Of a stretch of DNA of 64,000 nt, positions 32,791 to 44,336 are shown piece by piece. Positions within the stretch are counted from its first letter, which is position 1. The number at the start of each line of letters is the position of its first letter. Below the pieces are notes generated by a model that saw nothing but the letters and a program-made list of their open reading frames with translations, ran no database searches and was not told the origin of the DNA. Both the position numbers and the translations under genes were made by a program. The stretch comes from an uncultured Gemmatimonadales bacterium (GTDB lineage Bacteria; Gemmatimonadota; Gemmatimonadetes; Gemmatimonadales; GWC2-71-9): positions 384,001 to 448,000 of the forward strand of contig CAWGED010000019.1 of the NCBI GenBank assembly GCA_963821525.1, read 5' to 3'.

Positions 32791-32861
32791 GCTTACCCTT
32801 GTTGTATGGTTGGAGCCGAACAGCCCGCCGGCCGCCGGCACTGGCTAAAGCATAGGACCGC

Positions 32862-32877
32862 TGCACCAACTGCGCCA
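32862..32877 (-). promoter_or_regulatory. Putative sigma54 promoter
   Basis: Minus strand TGGCGCAGTTGGTGCA, about 70 nt upstream of the ATG. Confidence 0.55.
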
Positions 32878-32959
32878 CCTCGGACCTCGGCTGCTGCTTC
32901 GATTGAGGAAACGCCTGACCGTACCCGTGCAAACACACCCGACCGACTCGGCAATCGAG

Positions 32960-33799
32960 CTATTTCGCCCCGTCTCCCTGCATCTCGCGCAGGCTGCGCT
33001 GCTGCCACAGAACGATGGCGCCAAGCAACAGGAGACTGCCCGTCAGGATTGCGGTCGCGAGCACGTTGATCTGGGGAGGGAATGCCGCCCGCCGGGCCCC
33101 GTACACGTAGAGGGGATAGGTCACCCGGCTGCCGGCGTTGAACAGCGTGATGATGAAGTCGTCGAGCGAGAGCGCGAACGAGAGCATGGCTGCAGCCGCA
33201 ATGCCGGGCGCAATGAGCGGCAGAGTCACCTTGGTTACCACCCGGAGCGGAGCCGCTCCGAGATCCATCGCCGCCTCTTCCAGGGTCCAATCGAAGCCGC
33301 GGATCCGGGCTCGCACCGTCAACGCCACGTAGCTCACCGAGAACATGATGTGGGCTATGACGATGGTCCAGAAGCCGGTCCGCGCTCCGACGTTGAGGAA
33401 GAGGGACAGCAGTGAAGACCCGAGCACTACTTCCGGCGTCGTGAGGGGCAGCACCAGGAGCAGATTGATGAAGTTGCTGCCGCGGAAGGTGTAGCGGCAG
33501 AGGGCCAGGGCAATGAGCGCCCCGAAGACGGTTGCGACACTGGTGGAGAGCGCGGCGACCTTGAGACTGAGCTTCAAGGCGTCGAAGAGCGGCTGGTACT
33601 TGAAGGGATCCCGCCAGGCATCGAGGGAGAAGGCCTTCCAGACGAAATTGAATTTCCCCTCCGGCCGGTTGAAGCTGTACAGGATGATCACGAAAATCGG
33701 CAGGAAGAGATACAGCAGCACCATCGCCGCATAGATGTCCAGCAGCCGGGAACCCACCCGACGGTACCAGGGGATGACGGCGCCGGTCCGTGGTGTCAT
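32960..33799 (-). CDS. potC: Polyamine ABC transporter permease (PotC/PotI-like)
   Basis: FLPIFVIILYSFN, LEEAAMDLGA, SLDDFII. Confidence 0.88.
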   Translation of the reverse strand: MTPRTGAVIPWYRRVGSRLLDIYAAMVLLYLFLPIFVIILYSFNRPEGKFNFVWKAFSLDAWRDPFKYQPLFDALKLSLKVAALSTSVATVFGALIALALCRYTFRGSNFINLLLVLPLTTPEVVLGSSLLSLFLNVGARTGFWTIVIAHIMFSVSYVALTVRARIRGFDWTLEEAAMDLGAAPLRVVTKVTLPLIAPGIAAAAMLSFALSLDDFIITLFNAGSRVTYPLYVYGARRAAFPPQINVLATAILTGSLLLLGAIVLWQQRSLREMQGDGAK

Positions 33800-34642
33800 G
33801 CGAGGTCCTCGGTACCCAGCACGCGGGCGTAGAGCAGCACGCCTCCGGTGATCACCACCATCAGCACGAACGACAACGCCGCCGCCAGCGGATAGTCCCG
33901 CACATCGAGGAATTGATTCTGGATGACGGTGCCGATCATCTGCTGATTGGGACTACCCAGCAACTCGGCGTTGATGAAGTCGCCGAGCGCTGGGATGAAG
34001 GTGAGCAGGCTCCCGGCAAAGACTCCGGGCAGCGAGAGAGGCAAAATCACTTTGCGAAAGGCGCTGGAGGGCGGGTTATACAGATCCTGCGCCGCTTCGA
34101 CCAGGCGCGGTGTCGATCTTCTCGAGACTCACGTAGATCGGCAGGATCATGAACGGCAGGAAGTTGTAGGTCAGCCCGCCAACCACCGCGAGCGTGGTGT
34201 TGAGCAGCCGGCCGCCCTCCGACAGCAGGTGAACCGACTGCAGGAAATTGATTGCGAACCCGTTGTCGTTGAGGATGGTCTTCCAGGCGAAGGTGCGGAC
34301 CAGGAAGGTGGTGAAGAACGGCAGGATCACGAGGCCGAGCAGGAGATTCTTGTATTTCCCAGCCCGAAAGGCCATCACATAGGCCAACGGGTAACCGAGA
34401 AGGATGGCGATGAGTGTGGCTGCGAGCGCATACTCCGCCGAACGGAGAAAATGATCCCCGTAGCCGGTGAGCGCCTGACGGTAGCTCTCCCACCAGGGCG
34501 CGTCGCCGACGGCCAAGGAGGTCTTGGCCAGGGTGAGGGTGGGGATGACGTAGAAGACGATCAGCCACAACACCCCTGGGGCCACAAGCAGATACGGCGC
34601 GAGCCTGCTCTGCCTCGCGCCGCCCTGGGCTGCTCCAGCCAT
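33796..34642 (-). CDS. potB: Polyamine ABC transporter permease (PotB/PotH-like); apparent frameshift(s) near 34050-34110
   Basis: GYPLAY, LVRTFAW, LPFMILPIY and FIPALGDF across two frames. Confidence 0.85.
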
Positions 34643-34647
34643 GTCTG

Positions 34648-35828
34648 CTAGGCTCCGATCGCGTCCTGGAAAATCTTGTTGAACTCGGTGTCCTCGGCGT
34701 CGCTCAGCGCGCGGAAAACGTGGAGCCGGGCGCGGAGATCGTCGGGTGGGTTGACCAGCGAGCTCTTGGCCAGATCAGGCGCGATCTTGGCGAGTTCATC
34801 TCCGGCTCCCTTCACCGCGGAGATGTAGGGTGCGCGCCGCCACGATCTGAGCAGAATGGGCGGGATCGTAGCAGTAATTGATCCAGGCCATTGCCAGGTC
34901 CTGCCGGTCGGAGGTCTTCGGGATGAGCATGTTATCGGAGTACAGCATCGCCCCTTCCTTGGGCGCGATCCAGCGGAGATCCGGATTGTCGGCCGCCAGA
35001 CCCTGGATGTCGCCCGACCAGGCGATCGCCACCGCGATGTTCCCGGCCGCCAGGTCCTCGGCGTAGTCGTTGCCGGTGAACGCGCGGATGTGCCCGCTCT
35101 CCCGCGCCTTCTTGATCCGGGCGCAGGCCTTCTCCGCGTCGGCCTTGGTGCAGTTGGCGGGGTCGGCGCCATTAGCCAGCATGATGAGACCCAGCGTGTC
35201 GCGCATCTCGGTCAGCATGGTGACCTGACCCTTGTACTTCGGATCGAAGATGTCGTTCATGCTGGTCAGCTCGCGGCCGGTCTTCTTGGGGTTGTAGCCC
35301 ACGCCGGTCATGCCGGAGAGCCATGGCACGCTGTACTTGCGGCCGGGGTCGAAGCTGACATCGCGCAGGTTGTCGACCAGGTTCGCCTTGTTGGGGAACT
35401 TGCTGTCGTCGAGCGGCGCGGCGTAGCCGAGGGTGATGAGCCGTCCCGCCATCCAGTCGGTGAGGACGACGATCTCGCGGTCGATGCTCTGCGAGCGCTT
35501 GAGCGGCTCGTCGATCTTGGCGAAGTACTCGTTGTTGTCGTTGATGTCCTCGGTGTACTCGACCTTGATGCCGGTGGCCGCTTCGAAGTCGGGCACCGTC
35601 TTGGCATCGATGTACAGCGGCCAGTTGGACACCCGGACAACTTTGGTGGTGGATCCCCCGGCGGCGGCCCCTCCCCTCCTTGCCCTTGCACGCGGCGAGG
35701 AAGCTGCTCCCGAAGGCGAGGCCCCCGGCGGCGGCGGCGGTACTGCCGAGAAACTGGCGGCGGCTCAGCGCGCGACGCAGGATGCGCTGGATTTCGGCGT
35801 CGCTGTCGCGGTCATCGGTACGGCTCAT
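34648..35828 (-). CDS. potD: Polyamine-binding protein (PotD/PotF-like) with Tat/lipoprotein signal; apparent frameshifts at ~35650-35690 and ~34835
   Basis: LSRRQFLG...LAAC, SNWPLYID, AWSGD, PKEGA.LYSDNM. Confidence 0.85.
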
Positions 35829-35844
35829 GGGCGCTCCTTGCGGG

Positions 35845-37003
35845 TTAGGACTGCGTTTGCACCGCACCGGTCGCAAGCTCGGCGGTGCTGGCGAGGGTGA
35901 GTTCCAGCGGAGAGGGCGTCTTGCTGGGCGGTAGCAGACAAGCAGCGTCAGCGTCCCAGGACACCCAGAGGGATTGGCCGGTATCGAGACCGGGCAAGGG
36001 GTCGTCGTGTCCGACGTGAGCAACGATGGGAGTTCCGTCCGCGGTCTTGAGGATGCAGCGGATCGACGATCCCTGGAACAGGACCGCATCCACGACCGTG
36101 GGGAGGGCCGTGGCCCCATTGGCCTCGCGGCTCAGGTGAAGCCGCTCGGGGCGGATCATGACGGTCGCCGCGTCTCCCACCGACCAGGATCGAGAGCCCC
36201 CGTCGACCTGCACCAACCGGTTGCCGCCCACCAGCACGTGTCATGTCGCTTACCGGCATTGGACTGGACCGTAGCTGGCAGCAGGTTCGCTATCGCCGAT
36301 GAAATTGGCGACGAAGACCGAGCTCGGAGAGTGATAGATCTCCTCGGGCGAGCCGATCTGCTCCACCCTGCCCTCGTTCATGACCGCGATGCGGTCCGAC
36401 ATGGTGAGGGCTTCTTCCTGATCGTGGGTCACGTAGATGAAAGTGATCCCCACTTCGCGCTGAATTCGCTTCAGCTCGATCTGCATCGCCTGGCGCAGCT
36501 TCAAGTCGAGGGCGCCGAGCGGCTCGTCGAGGAGGAGCGCGCTGGGGTAATTCACCAGCGCCCTTGCCAGCGCCACCCGCTGCTGCTGGCCGCCGGAGAG
36601 CTGGGTCGGTTTGCGAGTCGGCGAACTTCTGCAACCGGACCACTTCCAGCAGCTCCGCGACCCGCTTCTTCACGTCGGCCTCGTCGAGCTTCCGGCTGCG
36701 GGGGCCGAAGGCGACGTTGTCATACACCGACATGTGGGGGAAGAGTGCGTAATGCTGGAAGACGGTGTTGACGTTGCGCCGATAGGGGGGGACCCGGGAA
36801 ACGTCTTTCCCTTCCAGCAGGATGCGACCGGTGGTCGGTTGCTCGAATCCGGCGATCATGCGAAGTGTCGTCGTCTTGCCGCAACCGGAGGGACCGAGCA
36901 TAGAGAAGAACTCGCCCCGCGCGATCTCGAAATTGGCATCGTTTACGGCGACATAGTCGCCGAACCGCTTGACCACGTGGTCAACGGTGATGACCGGATC
37001 CAT
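35845..37003 (-). CDS. potA: Polyamine ABC transporter ATPase with TOBE domain; apparent frameshifts at ~36615 and ~36240-36290
   Basis: [45 protein letters not shown]. Confidence 0.88.
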
Positions 37004-37185
37004 GGGGCGTTGTCTACCTCAGAGTGATCGAAAGGAGGGTCTGTCGAGCCCAATCTACGTCTTGTCGGAGAGTTGACAACCCGGGGGCCGGGGCCCAGAG
37101 TTATCCTCAAGACAGGCGACCGACTGCTTTTCCTCCCGCAGCAGGCGATAGCACCCAGCCTCCTCATATCAAGCCAGGACGCGTC

Positions 37186-38575
37186 ATGAGCACTACCGTC
37201 GCTTCAACGAAGCCCGGGGTGAGCGATGAGTTGCTCGCCAGGGCCCGCCAGATCGGCGAGCAGGAAATGGCCCGGCTCCTCGAGCGGACCAAGGCCTCGG
37301 CCCGCCTCTACGAACGGGCGGTCCGCCTCCTGCCGTTCGGGGTCGTCTCGTCGTTTCAGAAGATGCAACCTTACCCGATCTACGTGACCCGGGGCCGGGG
37401 AAGCCATATCTGGGACCAGGACGGGCAGGAATACCTCGACTTCCATTGCGGCTTCGGCGCCATGGTGGTGGGGCATGCCCATCCCCGCATCGTCGAGGCG
37501 ATCAGTCAGGCGGCCAGCCGCGGCACCCACTTCGCCGCCACCACCGAAGAGGGCATTGCCTTCGGAGAGGAAATCGCCCGCCGGTTCAACCTCGAAATGG
37601 TGCGGTTCGCCAACTCGGGCACCGAGGCCACGATGGACGCGATCCGGGTCGCCCGTGCCGCCACCGGCCGGGATGTGGTCTGCAAGATCGAGGGGTCGTA
37701 TCACGGACATCATGACGCCGTCATGTTCTCCGTGGTGCCCAACGCGGATGTGATGGGCGGGCGGGAGCGCCCGGCCAAGGCGCCAGTCTCCCGCGGCCTG
37801 GTCAAGGACGCGTCGCGCTACATCGAGGTGGTGCCCTTCAACGACGCCGAGGCCCTGGAAAAGCTTTTCATTGAGCGGGGAAAGGAAATCGCCTGCATCA
37901 TCATGGAACCGGCGATGATGAACATCGGCATCGTGGTTCCCCAGGCCGGTTATCTCCAGAAGGTCCGAGAGCTCTGCACCCGTCACGGGGTGATCTTCAT
38001 CTTCGACGAGATCAAGACCGGGTTCACGATCGCCGCGGGCGGCGCCGACCGAGCGGTTCGGCGTGCAGCCCGATCTGGTCTGCCTCGCCAAGGCCATTTC
38101 GGGTGGTCTCCCGGCGGCGGCCTTTGGCGGCCGGGCCGATCTGATGCGGCTCATCGAGCAGGGCGTTTCTCAGATGGGGACCTACAACGGCAACCCGCTC
38201 GTCTCCCACGTGGGGCTGGTGACCCTGCGCGAGGTTCTCACCCCGTCGGCCTACCAGCACTTCGCCAGACTGGGCACTCGGCTCGCCACGGGATGCCAGA
38301 AGGTGATCGACCAGTACGGAATCCCGGCGCACACCGTGGATCTGGGCGCCAAGGGATGCGTTTCGTACCGGCCCACGCCCATGAAGAACTATCGTGATTT
38401 CCTGGAAACCAAGCCGGAACTCTTCTCGGCTTCCTATCCCTGGCTACTCAACCGCGGCGTCTTCATGACCCCCGGCGACGAGGAGCAGTGGACTCTGTCG
38501 GTGCAGCACACCGAGGCGGACGTCGATGTCTACATCAGCGTATTCTCCGACTTCTGCCGCGCGCTCACAGCCTGA
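37186..38575 (+). CDS. Class III aminotransferase (glutamate-1-semialdehyde aminomutase-like); apparent frameshift at ~38048
   Basis: NSGTEATM, GSYHG, FDEIKTGF, LAKAISGG, GTYNGNP. Confidence 0.85.
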
Positions 38576-38585
38576 GGGCGCGGCG

Positions 38586-40044
38586 GTGAAGTACCCCGAT
38601 GTCCGGAACTACGTGTCCGGCCGCTTCGTGGCGGGCGGGGATCGGTTCCAGGAAATCAACGATCCTTCAGACGGCAGCGTCATCGCCCGGGTCCCAATGG
38701 GCGGCCCCGCTGAAGTGGACGCGGCCGTCGCGGCCGCGCGCGCCGCGTTGCCGGGCTGGGCTTCCACGCCGATCAAGGAGCGGGTCCAGGTCTTCTTCCG
38801 CTACAAGGCGCTGCTGGAGCAGAACCTTGCGGAACTTTCGGCGCTGATCTGCGAAGAACACGGCAAGGTGAAGAGCGAGGCCGATGCTGAAATCCTCAAG
38901 GCCATCGAGCTGACCGAATTCGCCTGCTCGATGCCTCAGCTGGTCGCGGGCGAGACGATGGAAGTGAGCCGCGGCGTCGAGTGCCGGGTGGAGCGATACC
39001 CGGTGGGCATCGTCGCCTCGATCGTACCGTTCAATTTCCCCTCGATGGTTCCCCACTGGACCATTCCCAACGCGATCGTGCTGGGGAACTGCTTCATCCT
39101 CAAGCCGTCGGAACGGGTGCCACTCAGCGCCCAGCGCATCGCGACGCTGCTGACCGAGGCGGGACTGCCTCCCGGCGTATTCAACACGGTGAACGGTGGA
39201 CGCGAGGCGGTCGAAGCCATCCTCGATCACTCCGGAATCGAGGCGGTCACCTTCGTGGGTTCAACCGCGGTTGCGCGCGAGGTGTACCGGCGGGGGACAT
39301 CTCATCTCAAGCGCGTGCTGGCGCTGGGCGGCGCCAAGAATCACGTCATCGTGCTGCCCGATGCCGATCCCGAGATGGCCTCGACCGGCGTGCTTGCCGC
39401 GATGTCGGGGTGCACCGGGCAGCGCTGCATGGCGGCTTCGGTCATGGTCGCGGTATCGGCAACCGATCACGTCATCTCGCAGATGAGCGATCAGGCCAGG
39501 AAGATCGTGCCTGGGGCGTGACGTGGGGCCGGTGATCTCCAAGGCAGCGAAGGAAAGGATCGAGAAGGCGATCGATGAGGCGGAGGCGGCGGGCGCCAAG
39601 GTGCTGGTAGATGGACGCAACGCCACGGTCCCCGGGAAGCCCGGGGGTTACTGGGTCGGCCCGACGATTCTCGATCAGGTGCAACCAGATATGCGCATCG
39701 CGCGAGAGGAGGTCTTCGGACCGGTGCTCTCGATCGTGCGCACCAAGACCCTGGAAGAGGCACTGGCAGTCGAGAATGCCTCGCCCTACGGCAATGCAGC
39801 CTCGGTGTTCACCGAGAGCGGTGCCGCGGCACGCTACGCGATGGAGCGGGCCAGCGCCGGCATGGTGGGAGTCAACGTCGGCGTTCCGGTACCCCGCGAG
39901 CCGTTCGGTTTCGGAGGCTGGAATGACTCCAAGTTCGGCGTGGGAGACATCACCGGCCACGGCTCGATCGAATTCTGGACCAAGGCCAAGAAGATCACGA
40001 CCAAGTGGAATCGGGAAGCTGGCGTGAATTGGATGTCGAGGTGA
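38586..40044 (+). CDS. mmsA: CoA-acylating (methyl)malonate-semialdehyde dehydrogenase; apparent frameshift at ~39518
   Basis: PFNFPSMVP, KPSERVP, GGAKNH, GQRCMA, EEVFGP, GVNVGVPVP. Confidence 0.88.
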
Positions 40045-40086
40045 AGCCGTCAGCCGTCAGCCCTTAGCTGTTAGCTGTTGCAGCTT
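40045..40086. repeat. Tandem heptamers (AGCCGTC / AGCTGTT), same family as 29250
   Basis: AGCCGTCAGCCGTCAGCCCTTAGCTGTTAGCTGTT immediately after the stop codon. Confidence 0.7.
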
Positions 40087-40154
40087 AATGCTTCAATCTG
40101 CAATCGCATTGCGACGCTCGATGACAGACCACCAGCGCTCCCACCCGCCCTGTC

Positions 40155-41487
40155 ATGCCGCCGCACGACCACAAGCCGCACCCCTACACCGGACCGTCCC
40201 GGCAAGAGGTGCTCGCGATGCGGCAGCAGTACTGCAATCCCGCGATCTTCACGCTCTATCAGGATCCGCTGATGATCGTCGAGGGGCACATGCAGTACCT
40301 CTACGACGAGACCGGGCGCCGTTATCTCGACCTGTTCGCCGGTATCGTGACCGTCTCCTGCGGGCACAGTCACCCGAAGGTCGTGGCCCGGATGAAGGAG
40401 CAGCTGGATCTCATCACCCACACCACGACCATCTATCTCCATCCCAACTTCCCGGCGATGGCCAAGAAGCTCGCCTCGAAGATGCCGCAGGGACTGGACG
40501 TCACCTACTTCACCAACAGCGGGAGCGAGGCGAACGACCTCGCCATGCTGATCGCCCGGCTGTACACCGGGAGCAACGACATCATCGCGGTGCGGAACAG
40601 CTACCACGGCAATTCACCGACTGCCATGGCGGCCACGTCCCATCACACCTGGAAGTATCCGGCCCAGCTCAACAGCGGGATCCATCACGCGATCTCCCCC
40701 GATCCCTATCGCAGCCCATTCTCAGGCACACCGGAACAGGTAGCGTCGCAGGCGGCGGACGACATCCGGCAGCTGATCCGCTATTCGACTCCGGGCCGGG
40801 TGGCCGGCTTCATCGCCGAGCCGATCCAGGGCGTAGGGGGAGCCACCCACGGAGCTTCGAATTATCTGAAGGAAGCGTACGCGGTGATCCGGGAGAACGG
40901 CGGACTCTGCATCGCCGATGAGGTGCAGACTGGCTTCGGCCGCACCGGCGATCACTACTGGGGATTTCAGAATTTCGGGGTGGTGCCCGACATCGTCACG
41001 ATGGCCAAGGGAATCGGCAACGGGGCGCCGCTCGCCGCCGTCACCACCCGGCGCGACATCGCGAGCGTCCTCACCCAACGGGTCCACTTCAACACCTTCG
41101 GCGGCAACCCCGTTTCGATGGCGGCGGGCCTCGCGGTGCTCGACACAATCGACGAAGACGGACTGCAGGAGAACTCGAAGGTGGTAGGTGGGCCGCTTCA
41201 AGCAGGGGCTCAAGGAGCTGCAGACCCGCCATCGCCTGATCGGCGACGTCCGCGGTATGGGGCTCATGCTCGGCGCGGAGCTGGTCCGGGACCGCGGGAC
41301 GAAAGAACCGGCCAAGGAAGAGACCTTGCAGATCCTGGAGATCGCCCGGGAGCACGGCGTGTTGCTCGGCAAGGGCGGCCTGGACGGCAACGTGCTCCGG
41401 ATCAAGCCGCCCATGTGTCTCACGGCGCAGGATGTGGACTTTGCCCTCGAAGTCCTGGACGTGGCGCTGGGTCGGGTGGAGAAGTAG
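40155..41487 (+). CDS. Class III aminotransferase, AGXT2 / beta-alanine:pyruvate aminotransferase-like; apparent frameshift at ~41190
   Basis: [60 protein letters not shown]. Confidence 0.9.
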
Positions 41488-41653
41488 ACGGGAGACGGGA
41501 GACAGGAGACGGGAACAGCGTGAGAAGTGAGAAGTGAGAAGGAACAATCCGATGGTACGACAAGCAAATCACCCTCCGTGGACCCGAGTCCACGGAGGGT
41601 GAAATCGTTATGATCGGAGTTCCCTCTCACTTCTCACTTCTTACTTCTCACGC
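41485..41653. repeat. Heptamer arrays (GAGACGG; GTGAGAA/TTCTCAC inverted arms) enclosing a 15-bp terminator hairpin (41569-41602)
   Basis: Inner stem TCACCCTCCGTGGAC/GTCCACGGAGGGTGA; outer arms are complementary. Confidence 0.9.
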
Positions 41654-41662
41654 TTTTTGGGG

Positions 41663-43045
41663 TTAGCTGCTGAACCCAATCCCCATCCGTTCCAGGAGCC
41701 GAAGAAGCAGACCGGGCGGCTCACCGGCATCCACTCTCCGCAATCCCCTGGTCACCGCGTTCACCGCCCAGGATCGCATCGGTTCTGGGGGATAGGGGAA
41801 CGGTTTCTTCCTCACGAGCGAGAGGTCCAGCAGTTCACTGGGACGATCCAGCGCCAAGTGCGCGAGAATCCGTCCGGCCAGCCGGGTGGTTCCCAGTCCG
41901 TGCCCGGTATATCCCAGTCCGTAGTGCACCCGGCCCCCGACGGCCGATCCGAAGAAGGGCGTCATCCGCGTCGTGGAGCAGATCGGACCGCCCCAGGCGT
42001 ACTCCCACTCCAGGCCGCCCAGCGCGGGAAAGTGGCGCTTCCAGCTATCGGTAAGAGACTGGTAGTGCCGAGCCGAGTGATCGCAGGACGCGGAGACCTC
42101 ATTGCCGCGGTAGTAGGTCGCCTCGCTGGTCCCCCACAGCACCCTGCCATCCGCCGTCGGGCGATAGTAGTTGAAGAAGGTCCTGCCATCGGTGATTCCC
42201 TGCCGCCGTTTCCAGCCGAGAGTTTCCCACTGCGAAGCCGTAAGCGGGACGCTCACCAGGACGTAATCGTAGAGCGGGATGAACCGGCGAGTGAGCTTCG
42301 GCAGCAGCTGGTGGGTGTACGCGCTGGTAGCAAGCACGGCCCTCCGCGCTCGCAGCGTACCGTTCGCCGTTTTTACCACGATGCCGGAGCCATTCCGGTG
42401 GAACGATCGCACCGGACTCTTCTCGTAGACCCGGACGCCGAGCCGTTCGGCCTCCTGGCGCAGCGCGTCTACCAGTTTGACCGGATCGAGAATCCCTCCG
42501 CCGCTGACCGCGACTCCGCCCTGATACAACGGTGAGTGGAGCTCGGCCTGGGCCTCCTCGCGATCGAGAGAGCGGAAGCTGGTAACCCCCAATCGAACGG
42601 CGCTCTCGACATTCTTCCGACCTTCCTCGACTTGCGCCGGCGTCAGCGCCATCACGATCCGCCCGGTCGGCTCGAAGTCGCAGTTCAGTCTCCGCGAATG
42701 CAGGAACTCGATCAGCTCCGCGACGTTCGACTCGCCAAGCCGGGCCAAAACAGCAGCCTCGCGGGCCCCGAAATGGGCGACCGCGAGGCCGTGGGAATGG
42801 TCAACCGTCTCCGACAGCATGCCGGCGTTACGGCCGCTCGCGCCGTAGGCCACCAGCTCCTGTTCCAGCACGACTACCCGAGCGGACGGATCGAGCTCAC
42901 ACAGAAAGAGGGCGGTCCACAATCCAGTGAGACCGCCCCCAACGACAACAACCGTCGCCTCTTCTACGCCTTCCTGAACCGTGACCTTCGAGGCCTTTCT
43001 TTGAGCAAGCCAGAAACAGGCCTGCTCAACAGGCCGCTCAAGCAA
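41663..43045 (-). CDS. FAD-dependent amine oxidoreductase (PuuB/DadA family)
   Basis: VVGGGLTG, GASGRNAG, AWGGPI, GYTGHG. Confidence 0.88.
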   Translation of the reverse strand: MLERPVEQACFWLAQRKASKVTVQEGVEEATVVVVGGGLTGLWTALFLCELDPSARVVVLEQELVAYGASGRNAGMLSETVDHSHGLAVAHFGAREAAVLARLGESNVAELIEFLHSRRLNCDFEPTGRIVMALTPAQVEEGRKNVESAVRLGVTSFRSLDREEAQAELHSPLYQGGVAVSGGGILDPVKLVDALRQEAERLGVRVYEKSPVRSFHRNGSGIVVKTANGTLRARRAVLATSAYTHQLLPKLTRRFIPLYDYVLVSVPLTASQWETLGWKRRQGITDGRTFFNYYRPTADGRVLWGTSEATYYRGNEVSASCDHSARHYQSLTDSWKRHFPALGGLEWEYAWGGPICSTTRMTPFFGSAVGGRVHYGLGYTGHGLGTTRLAGRILAHLALDRPSELLDLSLVRKKPFPYPPEPMRSWAVNAVTRGLRRVDAGEPPGLLLRLLERMGIGFSS

Positions 43046-43097
43046 CGCTGCTATCGTCCGATCGTCCTGCCTTGTGCTGCCGCTCAGGCCAGCCCCC

Positions 43098-43685
43098 TCA
43101 TTGTTCCTCCGCTTGCACGATCATGATGTGGGCCCAAGGCTCACCTGCCCCCATGATCCAGGGCTTTCCTTTCTCGGGCTTGATCGGCAGACCGGTCGTC
43201 TCCTCGGTGGCGTAGGGGATGTAGACCACCTGAAGTCCCTCCGGCGATTTGGCAATGCCGGTACTGGCATCGATGCTGTCGGCGGGCGCATAGAGATTGT
43301 AGAGTGCGCGCGGCCCGTCCGGCATCTTGAGCGTGCCCGCCTTGATTGCCGCGCGCCGAGCCTCCTTGATCTCCTGAGACGTCTTGCCTTGCGCCTCGAG
43401 CTCGCGCCCCATAGCCATGAAGGGCTCGAGATCCCTGTGATAACAGGCGACATGCCACGAGGCCGCCGAGGGATCATCGGCTAGACAAACCATCTCTCCA
43501 CTGCCCTGTCGCAGCACGGTCATCCGGTGATAGTTGCTGTAGCCCAGGACCGTTGCGTCCTTGCGCATTTCTTCGGGGGCTGCCGTGACAGCGGCCGCAA
43601 TCTGTTGCTCGGCCGAGGGGACCTGTGCCGCCAGGTTGGTCGCAGCGGCGAGGGCGATACAGCCGGCCAGGGGAAGGGCTCTCAT
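43098..43685 (-). CDS. Hypothetical secreted protein
   Basis: Signal peptide; CLADDP, VACYH, PWIM...AHIM. Confidence 0.7.
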   Translation of the reverse strand: MRALPLAGCIALAAATNLAAQVPSAEQQIAAAVTAAPEEMRKDATVLGYSNYHRMTVLRQGSGEMVCLADDPSAASWHVACYHRDLEPFMAMGRELEAQGKTSQEIKEARRAAIKAGTLKMPDGPRALYNLYAPADSIDASTGIAKSPEGLQVVYIPYATEETTGLPIKPEKGKPWIMGAGEPWAHIMIVQAEEQ

Positions 43686-43692
43686 AGTCGTC

Positions 43693-44173
43693 CTAACTCT
43701 CCTTGGAAAACGAAATCTTGAACCCGTCCGGGTCGGTGAGCATGAAAATCCTGGCACCCCACGGCATATCGGCAGGCTCCTGATCCAGCACGATGCCACT
43801 CGCTTTGGCGCGAGCCGCAAGCCCATCGAGATCCTGAGCGGTGTAGAACCACAGCCGCACGCCGATCCCCTTCACCCGGTCGCGGCCTTTCTTGAAGTCA
43901 TCCTGGGTGAGAACCAGGTGGGCGTTGCCCGCACTAAGCTCTACGCCGGCAAGCTTGCCTTCTTCTTCCCACCGCTCGTGGACTGATGAATCCCAGCCCC
44001 TCGGTATAGAACGCCAGGCTCCGAGCCAAGTCATTGACCGTGATGCCCGGCGTGATGTGGCGCAGCCGGAGTGACTGGGGTTCATGACGCTTGGGCCGCC
44101 GCGCGGCAGACTTGGACGAGCGGGCGACTTTGGCGGCCTTCCGGGGCCGCCGCTTGGCTGACTTGGTAGGCAT
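43693..44173 (-). CDS. VOC/glyoxalase family protein with basic N-terminal tail; apparent frameshift at ~43985
   Basis: [17 protein letters not shown] plus DMPWGAR.F..TDPDG. Confidence 0.8.
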
Positions 44174-44336
44174 GGACAACTTCTCCTGGAGCATACGGGG
44201 TGACAAGGCGTCGGAGGGGCCGGGGTGGCTCACCAGCCCTCCGCAGGACATTATACTGGCTGTGGCACCGGCTCGCCTGACCCCCTCCGGCACCCGGCTT
44301 GCAGCGTCGGCGCCGCCACCCCGAACCGAGGCTTCA

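Noticed and set aside
37186..38575. Gene symbol hemL
   Set aside because: Context is amine catabolism with no tetrapyrrole genes; only family-level similarity
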